Positions 1 through 13,600 are shown, numbered from the whole stretch's first letter. The stretch is 63,872 nucleotides of DNA, filler included, from Kipferlia bialata (GCA_003568945.1; 4 parts of 4 records of this genome joined end to end with filler, not necessarily neighbours in it); one strand, 5' to 3'. Notes: generated from the letters alone by a model not told the origin. Made by a program: numbers and translations.

Positions 1-70
1 GTGTGCTGAACTCCAACAGGGTCCTGCCGTTGCCAGGTAGCTCTATCCTGACACAGAGGGGGCACGTCAT
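1..70 (-). CDS. 5' end of a hypothetical protein (MTCPLCVRIELPGNGRTLLEFST...), running off the window edge; paralog of the gene at 40979
   Basis: ATG at 70-68 on the minus strand. Sixteen consecutive residues (VRIELPGNGRTLLEFS) are identical to ORF 40979, with only synonymous codon differences. Confidence 0.65.
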   Translation of the reverse strand, partial: MTCPLCVRIELPGNGRTLLEFST

Positions 71-235
71 CAGATAGAGAGAGATGGACGCATAGAGAGG
101 CTGCCTGTTTTCAAATCGGAATATTCCGATTTCTGGATTTCTGACTCAGGGGGCTTGTGAGTTACAATGTCGCAACCAAACTGACCCAGCTTTGATTTAC
201 CCCCTGACAAATACAAAGAACACAACCTGTATATA

Positions 236-3200
236 TTACACCACCTCCGACACACTGGAGCTGACCTCAAGCTCCTCCAGATCCTCCTCTACATCTTCTA
301 CATCTTCTACGTCCCTCGCAGCTTCCGCATGAGAGGCAGACGGAGTGGAGGCCTCACCGTCCACACCATCGGTACCATCTAGAGGCAGTCCGTCCACTAT
401 TGTTGTACCCTGCATCTTGGGTACCTCAAGAACACATGTGACGGGGCCTAGACCAGAACATCCCTCACCCACCACACCAACTACAGCGTCGGTAGGCACC
501 ACCCCTGTCCACACCACTCCACTGGACAGGAGTAAGGGTGCAGAAGCCTTGACAGGAGATGCACAGACTGGAGTGCCAGCATCGGCATCATCAGTACCTG
601 CAGTACCCACACTAGGTGCTGTGGAACGCTCTGGTACATACCCAAACCACCTCTGGCGCTTGGCTAGCACTCTCCCATGCTGGGCAACATCAAACAGCTG
701 AGAGGTGAGGGAACCAATGGAATCAGAGAGACATGAGAGAGACAACAAGTAATATACACAGAACCAAGTGTAGCTGACAAGTATCAAATATGTATTTCAT
801 CTCACCTTCAGTACCGTGTACACAACCAATGCCTGCACTTGGAGACTGGTCCTAGTAGAGGCCACCAAGGTGTACAGAACAACGAGAGAGAGTGCATTGG
901 TGACCCAGTTGATTGGGTAGTGCCTCACACCATACTTGACTAGAAGAGGAGGGGAGGACAGAGTGTCACCAATAGAGGAGAGGGCCGGTCCCACCAGGGG
1001 TAGTAACACCAGACCAGTACACCTTAAGGATGATGCAAGCTCTCCATACCGCTCCTCTACCCCTAGGTCTCTCTCCCTACCCTTCCTGTCCAGATCAGCC
1101 TTGTACACCGCTGGCACAAGACGGCCAAGTGCTACTGTAGCACTCTCTCCCCCATTCTCTCCATCTCCTTCTGGTAGAGCTGTAGAGCCCCCTCTCTCAC
1201 TATTCCTTCTCTCCAACAAGAGGGAGAGAGAAAGACAGGACAATACAGCAAAGCACCCGACGCCTGCAGCCACTGGGGCTGCAGAGTACATACACAGAGT
1301 GTATGCAGCTCCTACTACAAGGCATAGGATAGAGTGTGCGACAGCTGTCACTCCAGTGGATAGAGTGCCCTGGACACCTACCGAGGCCATCAAGGAGTAC
1401 ATGAGTGCATGGGTGGCGGGGGATAGTATCGTGTAGCACAGGTAGCTTGGGGTCAATAGGACAGCCACACACCACCTAAGCACCACACTGCCCATAGTGC
1501 CAGGGCGGTTCAGCCAGTTGTAGACAACAGCAAAGCTATCCTGGGGTGAGATGTAGTAACTTAGATTAGAATTCCAATCACTATGAATGGTATAGTGGCA
1601 TAGTTATATATGGCCTGACCTTAGTGTGTCTGGATATGGATCCCATCTGGCCAAAGTATGCCATGAGAGTGAATCCCAAGATTGCACACACACTGTATAG
1701 CAGTATAGGTGCATCGGTACTGGTCACAGTATCAGTGGAGAGGGCCCACCAGACAGCGTCACTGAGTACACAACCGACATAGAGAGTGACAGCCCTAACC
1801 AGAGGGAACAGAGTGTACCAACAGAGGCGGACACCGACTGTCCTAGTCTTGGCCTAAGGGTGAGAGGTTGTCATTACACGTATATGCATATAATATGCAT
1901 ACAGGTAAATGGAAGAGACCGCTTGTATATACTATGTGTATATACTATACAGAAACATAATTATTAGGTGTTGACTCAGCAGCTAGGTTGGGACTAAGGG
2001 TCCAGGAGAGATAGAGAGAGACAGACAGATGCTTCACCTGAGCAGCCCCGATACCGTATAGCACCCATCCGCACAGTACTAGGACAATCACCCCCCCTAG
2101 GGTAGCCTCTATCCATCGGAGACTAGACCCTGAGGCCACCACACTATCTAGCACCCACTGCACAAGGCTAGATGTCACTCTGTCTAATAGGGTGACTAGG
2201 TACATCAGGTACTTGACAACAGGCATTGTGGAGAGGGGGACAGAGACCTGGTGGTTAGAAAGAGAGCTGACAAACAGAGAGTGAGTATGTGTACGTGTAG
2301 CAGAGAGAGGTAGTGAAAGATACCTGTGTGGAGACGAAACTGCCCAGGAAGCGAAGTGCCACGTAATAGTCCACGACAAAGCGAAGCACGGCGAGGATCA
2401 AGAGGACCCCAATGGAGTATGAGTATCTCTCGTAGAATGCAAGTCTGTCCTTGGAGGACGGCCGCTTATAGCGTGTGACAGTTGTTGGCACATCAGTCCT
2501 CCGCATCGTGTAGAAACGGAGGCCAGCGAGTACAATCACTAATAAAACACAGGGCACACACACAAATGGTAGAGTGAGCCAAGAGAGGCTACTGGACACA
2601 ACAGCTATGGGGATGGATGTGATGGTGGAACCCTCGTACTGTACGTCCATGCGGTAGTTGGGAGGGGCAGAGTCCGGCACGACATAGTGGAGTGTACAGT
2701 GATCAGAGTCAGCACCCATGGGGTACACAAAGTACTGCTCGATGTCCTATAGTAAGTAGACACTGAACATGGATTTAATGTATACACATACCTCATTATT
2801 TCCATGTGTGACCACTCTAAGAATACTGTATATAGTATAGTCAATGAACTCCAATATATACATGTACACTGATGCATACCTCATTCTCCGGCTGCACCAG
2901 TGACACCCTCTCTGTGCCACATGAGACATAGGCACCGGTGTCATCATACAGTGCCAGGGTGAGACTAGATGATAGGCCTCTAGGTATAGGGGTTCTATCC
3001 ATATCAAGGACCTCTCCTCTGACTGGGGCGCCTGTGTTAGACACAATGGTTGCATGTATGTATCCGCAATAATACAAAGGGAGATCTGTCCATATCCACA
3101 CTCATGTATACAAATATATATATATGGGAGCTCTCCTCTGACTGGAGTGCCTAAGAGTGGGAAGATCTGAATTTGTAGAGTTTTCGTGATATATATATCC

Positions 3201-5597
3201 GATTACGTGACCTGAGGGTGGATATCTTTATATGTATACATACTGTATGGATATATCCTGTAGATGGTACCTGATGATGCCGTCCCAAGTATCCACCCTG
3301 TGCCACTCTCAGTAACAGTCACAGTGGTATTCTCAGTATCCTTTGATACCAGCGTAGTATCAGTGGGTGGATCATCTACTGATATGGCAAGGGGGACTGG
3401 TAACAGCTGCCGGTGAGTCATAATATGATAATGCTGCATGTACAACAAATACACACTTCCGCATACGGTTGGTTGCCAGTCTAGTAAGACTATACATATC
3501 CTATAGAGAATACATATGTATAGTGTACATAATAGCCATATACCTGTCCCTCTGCTCCCGGTTGCCAGTCTGCTGGTATCACTAGTGGTACATCAAGCAC
3601 AGCGGAGCAGACACTAGAGACACACTCAACAGTGGCAGGGACAGATACACTGTCGGAACCTGAAACGTCAGGACATGCTAGATTACATAGCGATAGACCG
3701 AATTACAGAACCTAGTATCACCTGGAAGCATATGACGAGAGAGAGAGAGAGGGAAATACACACGTTGGCCTGATACGTATGTGTATATATACTATATATA
3801 TACCTATTGACAGACTAGCCGGGCTCCCCTCCGCATAAGTTCCCCCAAGCTCCACAGAAGAGATGGATTGCCCCTCCATATCCAGCATGGGGACACTGTT
3901 GGTCACAACGGCCAGCACATCCACAGTGTTGACACAATTGACACAATTGACACAATTGGCTCCCACTTCCAGTAACTCTGAGACGTAGTGCAGCCCCAAG
4001 TGAATCTGGATGTAGTCGCCTGGTACCAACCACTCAGAGTCCCTAGTATACACTACATCACTACTCTCTTGTGAGAGGGAGAGAGAGAGCGATGGGGAGT
4101 CTATCTCCGGCTGGTATGTGACCCCAATGGGAGTGGCGTTGGGTACATACACATCTAACAGTGCAGGGGATAGAGACACCTCCACCCCTCCGTTCCCATC
4201 TGAGGCTGATACACTCAGACCCTCGGGATAGCACCCACTCCAGTCAGAGCTGAAGACGGCAACGCGGGAGTCTGCAACCTGATATCAGTATAGTAACATA
4301 CATTAATCTGTATTGACACATTCATCATTCAATCATTACATACAGTGTGTATGTGTATCTGTAACCACCTGCATGAGAAGAGTCCCCTGATACAAGGCAA
4401 TGGAGTCAGCCTGCCTCTCTCCCTCCCTCTGCCCACTCACAGCTACGTCCCACACCAGCTCCCAGGCACCATTCTCTTGACCCATCTGGTATATGTACAC
4501 ACCGTCACCACCACCCACAATAAGTGTGTAGTAGAAGAGATATAGATAGTCTCCGTAGTGAGAGAGATCAGTCTCGGAGTAGGGTGACCCCTGGGATACA
4601 GTCTCCTTGTATGTCCACTCATATACAGGGTCGTCGTCGTCGTCTGTGTCCTCGACCTCCACCTCCTCTAGGTTGTATATGTGTATGGACTCGGTACCCT
4701 CCTCTCTGTACGTGACTGCGAGTACATCACTGTACACACCCACTGTACCACCCGGACAGGTGAAGGCCCAGTTCCAGTATCTGTGTTAATGACAATACAG
4801 CATATATCTAGTATATATATCGTATACATCACTCTGCCACCGGAACAGGTGAAAGCCCAGTTCCAGTACTGGTATATGAAGGTGTGATCCTCGAATATAA
4901 GTACATATATATATACATATATACCTTGCCGTGGCTGTCCTCCTCTCAAACACCGTGGTGCGCTCCTGGACCTAATGTCAGTGGATATCTGACTATATAC
5001 GCGTGTGTGTATATGTATGTATGTATATACTCTACTGTATACCTCTCCATCAATGGTGTACAGGTATGATACACCGATCCAGTACCCATCTGTATCTACG
5101 TGTCTGCCCCACTCAGACACAGTGCCAAGGGCCTCAGTGTCAAAGGCCTGGTATTAGCGGACATGAATATATGAATATACTTGTGTAGTATATATATATA
5201 CTATATACTGCCCCACTCAGACACTGTGCCAAGGGCCTCAGCCTCAGTCTCATAGGCCTGATATTAGCGGTATATATATATATAGTATAGTATATAGTAT
5301 AGTATATGGTATATATATAGTATATATATATACTATATACTGCCCCACTCAGAGACAGTGCCAAGGGCCTCAGCCTCTGTCTCAAAGGGCTGGCATTAAT
5401 GAACCATAGTATATACAGTGCAGATAGGACACTACACTATATATATACTATATAGTGCCCCACTCAGACACTGTGCCCACACTCTCCTCTATCTCAAAGG
5501 CCTGATGTAAGGGGATCACAATGTATATATATGATGGAACACTATAAGATGCAATATACATGTGCCAAGTGCCTCCTCCTCTGTCTCATAGGCCTGT
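236..5597 (-). CDS. Multi-exon membrane protein: N-terminal beta-rich (propeller/Ig-like) region, several transmembrane segments, acidic Ser/Thr-rich tail; 5' end uncertain or in the gap
   Basis: Chain of minus-strand ORFs (4668-5120, 4336-4743, 3718-4185, 3203-3454, 2841-3101, 2255-2728, 1945-2379, 797-1495, 236-787) bounded by GT..AG introns, e.g. exons 2746-2324, ~2247-2037, ~1853-1618. Hydrophobic stretches such as LPFVCVPCVLLVIVLAGL and IGVLLILAVLRFVV. Not every junction is resolved. Confidence 0.55.
5105..5597 (-). repeat. Five tandem copies of an acceptor plus exon-start segment (exon echo array)
   Basis: Motif tgccc(c)actcagacac(a/t)gtgccaagggcctcag..tc(t)ca(a/t)aggcctg at ~5105, 5209, 5341, 5456 and a partial copy at 5561, separated by (TA)n spacers. 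Confidence 0.85.
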
Positions 5598-5793
5598 GAT
5601 GAGTGGGAATAGCATGCAATACAACACACTTTACATGTATCGTGCACGTCTCACATCAGTGTATGTCTCCTCCTCTACCTAATACGCCTGATATGGGGAT
5701 TGATATATATATTTGCTTTTGCATATGTATATATATATACATGAGGGTGTGTGTGGGGGGGGGGGGGGGGGGGGTTTTTTTAAAAACTTTTAA

Positions 5794-6492
5794 NNNNNNN
5801 NNNNNNNNNNNNNNNNNNNNNNNNNNNNNNNNNNNNNNNNNNNNNNNNNNNNNNNNNNNNNNNNNNNNNNNNNNNNNNNNNNNNNNNNNNNNNNNNNNNN
5901 NNNNNNNNNNNNNNNNNNNNNNNNNNNNNNNNNNNNNNNNNNNNNNNNNNNNNNNNNNNNNNNNNNNNNNNNNNNNNNNNNNNNNNNNNNNNNNNNNNNN
6001 NNNNNNNNNNNNNNNNNNNNNNNNNNNNNNNNNNNNNNNNNNNNNNNNNNNNNNNNNNNNNNNNNNNNNNNNNNNNNNNNNNNNNNNNNNNNNNNNNNNN
6101 NNNNNNNNNNNNNNNNNNNNNNNNNNNNNNNNNNNNNNNNNNNNNNNNNNNNNNNNNNNNNNNNNNNNNNNNNNNNNNNNNNNNNNNNNNNNNNNNNNNN
6201 NNNNNNNNNNNNNNNNNNNNNNNNNNNNNNNNNNNNNNNNNNNNNNNNNNNNNNNNNNNNNNNNNNNNNNNNNNNNNNNNNNNNNNNNNNNNNNNNNNNN
6301 NNNNNNNNNNNNNNNNNNNNNNNNNNNNNNNNNNNNNNNNNNNNNNNNNNNNNNNNNNNNNNNNNNNNNNNNNNNNNNNNNNNNNNNNNNNNNNNNNNNN
6401 NNNNNNNNNNNNNNNNNNNNNNNNNNNNNNNNNNNNNNNNNNNNNNNNNNNNNNNNNNNNNNNNNNNNNNNNNNNNNNNNNNNNNNNNNNNN
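5794..6492. other. Intra-scaffold assembly gap (N run) flanked by poly-G/poly-C tracts
   Basis: Run of N, with a G tract at ~5755-5774 and a C tract at ~6517-6536. Confidence 0.95.
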
Positions 6493-6793
6493 CCCATTAT
6501 TTGGGGGGGGAATCGCTCCCCCCCCCCCCCCCCCCCACACACACACACTATGTCTCTCCCTCCATTTCTGACATGACCATCCACTTGACACTTATAGCTG
6601 TGCATGTAACTAGCGTTTGTAGTGTATCTGCTTCTCCCCTCTCTTTCCTTTCGACCCTCTACACCTTGAGTCATCACTGTCACAGCAGTTCATATCTACT
6701 CTTTGTGTCAATAGCCGCAACCTCATCCCTTCTCTTATCCTACAGGTCCCCTGGAGCTACAGCCTCCCCCTAGCCTCAGGCACTCCAGTTGCT

Positions 6794-9115
6794 ATGTCCA
6801 GAGATAACTGGGTGACATTCGCCCGTAAGGTGGACGTCGCATTCGCAGTCTATGGCCCAGGTATATATATGAATATATAATTACATTTATACCTGTATAA
6901 TTCATCCAGTTATTACATATATACATGTATGATATGGGTATTTTAGGTCAGGTTTATATGTATACATAAATATAATATTATATATAGTGCTATACTGCCC
7001 CCGACCCCCAGGTGACAAGGGCTCCGAGGACCCCCATGTGATCAGGGCCCATGTCCTGGGTGTGATGGCTGGAGAGGCCAAGGACGTGATAGCAGAGAAC
7101 CTCACAGACTCACCCTTCTACATGGCTGTGCTGGACCATGAACACAAGCAGGTAAGGGTTGTGTCATATATATATATATAGTTGTATATACATATATATA
7201 GTTGTCTCTACATGGCTGTGCTGGATCACAAGTACAAGCAGGTGGGCAACGTTACATATATAGTAGGATATATATAATATAGTTGAATCTACAAGGTCTA
7301 TGTCATTGTCATGTCTAGGAGACTCGGCCCCAGGTCGTTGTGTCTGTCAGGGGCACAGCTGTATCTATATATGTAATGATATATATATGTATGTATATAT
7401 ATATATATATGTATGCATGTAGCACCTATATATATATACATATATATCTCACACCCAGTCATATATATATAAATATGTATTGGGTATATTGGCGCACTAC
7501 CAATGCCAGGTCTTGGTGTCTGTCAGGGGCACCGCCAACACGGCCGACATGCTGCTCGACTCAAACGCCTTCCCCGCCCTCTTCCAGTGCCCCCCTCCCC
7601 CAGACCGTGTCCCTATCAGGGGCACTGAGGGGGGTGAGTGTTGCCACGAGGGGATGCTCTCTGCCGCATACCGCATCAACCACGAGCTGAAGGAGACTCT
7701 AGCTAATGCCACTAGGGAGTACGGGTACCCTGTGCATGTGACAGGCCACTCCCTGGGTGCTGGCACGGCCTCTCTCCTCGCCCTGCTGCTACAGAGACAG
7801 GGCATGAGTGGTGTTAGCATGACTGGGTTTGGGTGCCCTGCCTGCTGCTCTATGCCACTGTGCCAGGAGCTGGAAAGACTGGAGGGGGGGAGCAAGAACT
7901 ACGTGTACCGCAGTGACATTGTGCCCCGTCTCAGTGTACACTCACTCAAGGTTTGGGGTATAGTGTTCAGTACTCCTCTCTCTCTCTCTCTCATGCAGTA
8001 TGAGTGTCATCCATGTGTATGTATAAAAGTCACCACAGCGTATATATATATAAGAATACCCTTTGGAAACTGACCCTAGGTGTCTGGGGAGAGACTCAAG
8101 GCATGCGCCGATGAGATATGTCCATCCAGCAGGTATTAGTATATATATATGTAAATAATCGCATAGTGTATTGTATATATACATTACATATATACCCCAA
8201 ATACATATACCAATATATATATATATATACATCACTGACCTCCAGCAGCTACTTCGCCCAGGGTGCTGCCATGGTGGCTGCACTGGCATCCATAGGGACA
8301 GCAGACTTCAAGAGGAGGTGAGAATATACTTGTATATATTCATATATATATACTATGTATATATAGTGTCATACAACACTGGCATCCATAGGGACAGCGG
8401 ACTTCAATCAAGCGCAGGTGAATATATATATATGTAGTGTGTGTATGTCTATAGAGACCCTTTTCTCACCCCCAGGGTCACCACCAAGGCCATCTCTGAG
8501 CGCATTGCTGCCCCCTATGATCTCTTTGTCCCAGGCAGCCTTGAGCTGCTGCATGCTGAGGAGGGTGCCACAGACTATGACGTGACTGTGCGTGGCATCT
8601 CCCCCTTCGACCTAGCCGAGCCTGTCCTGGCCATGTGCATGACCCCTGACCACTCAGACTACGTCTCTGTGGCACACAGGATAAGGGAGGCTGTGGAGAC
8701 GGACAATGCGGTGGACGCTGACCCTGTGAGGGGGTTCGTGCATGGCCTGGCCAGGGGAGAGGAGGCTAGGGTGGCAGAGGGGGCAGACACCTGGAGGTGG
8801 TGTGCAGAGGGAGAGTACTCCTGGGACATTGGACATACACAGGAGGGGCCTGTGGTGCATAGGTACAGGGAGGAGTGGCAGAAGGCAGGGGCATGGACAG
8901 GGTACAACTACCGCACATTCACCCACACCGCTGCACCTGGCATGGTTATAGTGGGTGTGAAGGTGCAGTCTGTGATACAGGACGGGTGGGGTGGGGGCAG
9001 CTGGCGTGTCCCCTCTGCCCTAGTGATGCAGTCGAGGGGTGAGGTGGAGGTTGCCTCTGCCCTGTGCAAGGGTGCACACTGGGTGGTGGAGTGGTACGAG
9101 ACAGAGGCCCAGTGA
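6794..9115 (+). CDS. Class 3 lipase (alpha/beta hydrolase) with an extra C-terminal beta-rich domain; 6 exons
   Basis: Exons 6794-6860, 7012-7151, 7510-7950, 8080-8132, 8246-8317 and 8476-9115 splice in frame. Motifs: VSVRGT, HEGM, VHVTGHSLGAG (nucleophile elbow), FGCP, DIVPRL (catalytic Asp), PDH (candidate His). Confidence 0.85.
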
Positions 9116-9336
9116 GAGTGTTGAACAGTGTGGGATGTAGAATGTGTAGGCACTGGTCTGGAGGGGGCGGGGTGGGTTGTGGTCTACAGTGCTAGTGTCT
9201 CAGTGTGTTTGTATATACGCTGTGTTTTGAAGGCACAGCATGTACGTGTGAGTTGAAATATATACGTGTCTGCTGGAATCACAACGTGTATACATTCTAT
9301 TCGTCACAACCATCAATATATACTCACACATACTCT

Positions 9337-10043
9337 CTATTGACTCTGCTTCAGCCTCTCCACCTCCCCCTGCAGGGAGTGCACCTCTAGCAGCAGTGCT
9401 TCTCTCTCAGCAGCTGCGCTCTCCTGCACCTCCCTCACCCTGCCCTCCAGCCAGGCCTCTCTCTCCCTCGCCCTCTCCAGGCTCTGGATGTACACCTCTC
9501 TCTGCGCATCCCATGCACTCTGTCTCTCTCCCTCCCCCTCTCTACTTAGGTGGCCGTCACCCATCAGCCTACCCACTTGGATGCAGACAGCTGCACCTAC
9601 CAGTGCCATCATCAGGGCACATATCACTATGAGACCCAGCCTCAGACCCCTGTTCCGATTTGTTTCAGGGAGGGAGGGGGCGGCCTTGGGGGTGGGGGGG
9701 ACCTGGGTTAGACAGTGTATGGAATTAACATGATGTGGACAGGTTGTATGCGTATAGTATATATATGGACAGGTCCCACCTCCCCCACTGCCGGCACTGC
9801 CTCTACACAGGCTTCCACTTCCATGGCAGGGCCCTTGGTCTTAGCCCTGCGTCTCCCCTTGGCCTTAGGAGGGGAGGCACTCTTCAGTGGGGTGCTGGGT
9901 GAGTTGGATGGAAGGAGACAAAGAGAGAGAGAGAGAGGGGAGAGAGAGAGTGGGAGAGTGAGGGCATCCTCCTTCACATGAGGTACTAGGGGTGGAAAGG
10001 GGGGGGGGGGTTGTACTGCGTGAGAGAGACTGGATTGCATCAA
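9337..10043 (-). CDS. Putative small single-pass membrane protein with C-terminal coiled coil (at least 2 exons)
   Basis: Acceptor ctgtctaacccag at ~9703 opens a frame PPTPKAAPSLPETNRNRGLRLGLIVICALMMALVGAAVCIQVG followed by an E/R-rich heptad segment to the stop at 9337. Start is uncertain. Confidence 0.4.
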
Positions 10044-10663
10044 GCTGATACACGGTTAGTGGAGGATCAAGGATTGAGTAGAAGATGAAGCCTCTGTCTT
10101 CTGCAGTATCCAGTACCCCCTCAGTTGTGAATTATTCATATCACATCGTAGTATCTAGCAGTCAGCCCACTCCCCCACCTCACTGACTGGCCCAGTACAA
10201 ATGTCTCATCCAGACACACACCCTCAGTGGCACAGGGGGGAGGGGACATGGGTACACACTGTAAGGTAGAAAGATGGAGGGAGGGATGATCGGAGGGATG
10301 ACCGTGTAGTGCTGTTGATAAGCAGGGGATACTTGTCACGATGACTACCACTAATAAAACGGAATGCTAATCGGTAAAACAGATAGCTAAGTTTAACTTG
10401 TGCTCTGTACTCGCGGGTTGCGCAGTACTTACAGGTATTTCATTTACAATCCTAGATCTGTCCGATTTGAGACCAACACAGCGGATTGTCGCCATGGCGT
10501 GTTAGTAATTGCTCTAATCATCACCTCCTTGGAAGGCAATTGGCCTTAGCTAACTCGCGTAAGTGTCAATTGACCAAATAGTTCACGTTGGGTATTTCGG
10601 ACACACAGAAATGAACATGACCAATGCTCCTCTCTCTTGTCTGTCTCTGGCGTATACTGACTG

Positions 10664-13600
10664 ATGCACGAGATACTGATCTTCCTCCTGACTGCAATTG
10701 TGTGCTATGCCGTGTGGCGCTTCTTCCCCAGGTATGTGTTCTCCTTCGCCTCTCTCTCTCCCTCTCTGACCCCTTAGGCCTGACCGCCGCTTCATGGCCC
10801 TCGAGCTGCCCGAGAGCGACCCCCACCAGAGCGAGGTGGACCAGGCGAAGCTGGAGAGGTATGTGCTGTGCATATTATGTGCATTGGGTGTAGTGTGCAT
10901 GCATGGTGAGTGATGTCATATTCGTCCAAACCTGCCATACCCCTCCACTCCTGTACTCCCCCATTCCATCTGCTTCCATATCATTAATTAATGCATTTGG
11001 TGGTGTACCTCTCCCTAAGATATGTGGAATGAGTGGAATATAATGCCACATTGTTCATTCTCTCCGTTCGTTCTGTTCATTCGTCAGTGCCGCACCGCTC
11101 AGATGCATATAGAATAGATAGAATAGATAATATATGCATGTTCATCTATTTATCTATATATAAATAGGAGCACTCTCTCCCATTGATACAGTCTGTATTT
11201 TCAGTTTCTCAGAATAGATATGCTATTCTGAGGGCACTTCCGCTTGTCTAGGACCAGACTCTCACCCACACCCACACACACTCTCTCTCTCCTACTTTCT
11301 GTAATAGTAGACGTGTTCCCTCACCCCCAGGTGCCGCACCGAGGCCGAGTCCCTGACCCACCGCTCCAGGATGTGTGACTGGATAGACTACCACGCAAAG
11401 ACAAGGTGGGTGTGTATATATATATATATGTATACTACAGTGTATACCTCACCCTCTAGGCCCAATGAGATTGCCCTGATTGAGCATGACACCGACTCCA
11501 CCCTGACCTGGGCACAGCTGTCCACAGCCACAAAGGTAATATATGATATATATACATATATATATATAGTATATATTGATAGATAGAGAGATAGACACCG
11601 ACTCCACCCTGAGATGGGCACAGCTGTCCACTGCTACTAAGGTATGTACTGTATTATCGTGGATATATTCATGCATGTATATATATGCATACTGATACTA
11701 ACCCCAGGCCTTTGCCGCCCAGCTGATGGCCAATGGCATTGGCAAGGGAGACGTCGTGGCAACCACTCTGGTCCTGCTCAAGGTAGGCAGGGTGGATATG
11801 CACATATATATGTATGTGTATGTATATGAAGGATATGAGGAGGTCTGGTCCTTACTGGCTACCACTCTGGTCTTGGTGGATATGTAGAATATATGGTATA
11901 GGGCATTGCCACTCTACCTCTCTCTCCCCCTCACCCCAGGAGCACATCTACGTGATGTATGCCTGCTACAGGATCGGTGCCATCATCGCACCCCTCGACC
12001 CCAGGTACAGTCATGTTGTATACATAGCACTCTGTGGTATACATACCTTCACCCCTGGTAGTAGTGGTATATACCTAATATTATATATATATGTGTGTGA
12101 GTATGTATATGTGTGTGTGATATGTAACCCACCCCCAGGCTGAAGCTCAACGAGATCAGGGTACTGGTGTATACCTAATACTATATATATATGTGTATAT
12201 GAGTATATCCCTCACCCACCCAGGCTGAAGCTCAATGAGATCAGAGAGGCCTTTGACGCCATGAACCCCAAGGTACCTCACGGAGTGTACCTACATATCT
12301 CGACATCTCTCTCTCTATATATATATATGTATATACACACCCACCCCCAGGCCTACCTGTACCTTGGCCTCACCAGTGAATTCATCATATCTCTCTCTGT
12401 GTGTATTCATTCTCTCTGTCTCTATATCTATTTTCTTACTACCAGGCCTACCTGTACCTTGGTCTCACCAGTGAATGCATGATCTCTCTCTGTGTGTGTA
12501 CATTCATTCTGTCTATACTATCTATACGGCTTACTACCAGGCCTACCTGTACCTTGGTCTTACCAGTGCAGCAGACTTCAGGAAGGCAGCCAAGGGTATG
12601 TATAGTCATATATACATTGATATAGTGTATATATGTTCTTCTTACCCCAGTCATGATGGTTGAGCACACGTCTCTCTCTGTTGCTCTCTCCCTACATGCT
12701 TGTCGATTTATATAGTGTATATGTACATATATATGTATACCCCTTTGACCCCAGTCATGATGGTTGAGCACCCTGAGACCTCTCTGTTTGTGCAGTTCCA
12801 GGGAAAGGGGCCTGACGGTGAGTGTCATTATTATATGAGTGTACATATACTTGTGTATGAGTCATAGTATTCCATATATGTGTCCGTCTCTGCATTTCCA
12901 GGGCTAGGGGCCAGACGGTACGTATTGTCTGATATATATCTCTATATACCATAGGATATCTTTACTAAACATCTGACCGTTCATACTACCAATGCATACC
13001 CCATTGATCTCATGTAGTATATGAATATACTGTGCATAGCAATACTTCCCTAACCCCCAGGTGAGGACCCCGAGTCTCTCATCATCGAGGGGGCTGTGTC
13101 TGCCACAGGGTAAGTGCATACCCATATGTTTATGTCCTATGTATATATATATATATATATATCCATGACAGTGTCTGCTACAGGGTATGTTGTGTATAGC
13201 AGTATCGCACCTATGTGCCACACAACATCCCTATTGGCATCAAGGGCACTCACTCTACATGTCTTGTGTTAGTACCAAAACATATATATATACTTGTATA
13301 CCCCTCCCACCCCAGCTTTGCCCAGGGCATCAAGGGCACATACATCAGGTCACTAGTCTCTGGATCACTCGACAGGTGGGGACAGCGTGTATGTATCTAT
13401 ACTTATCTTCTCGGGCATATACATTTCTACTACAGTACCCCCCTCACCCCCAGGGCCATGCGCCGTGTGTCCCCCACCGACCCATGCCTCATCGTGTTCA
13501 CAACAGGTGGGTTAATGGATTATATATACTCTGTACATATATACAATATACATCAGAACACATGTATGCCGATACCTGCCTCAACGTGTTCACAACAGGT

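Noticed and set aside
3929..3958. 9-bp tandem repeat (tgacacaat)x3 encoding NCVNCVNCVN
   Set aside because: A simple in-frame slippage repeat with no further significance evident.
5603..6683. 300-aa ORFs spanning N runs (also 54103-54781)
   Set aside because: They consist almost entirely of X residues from gaps.
11208..11232. Perfect 10-bp hairpin ctcagaatag-atatg-ctattctgag in acyl-CoA synthetase intron 2
   Set aside because: A single short stem in AT-rich intron sequence, with no target-site duplication, second copy or snoRNA boxes to support a MITE or ncRNA.
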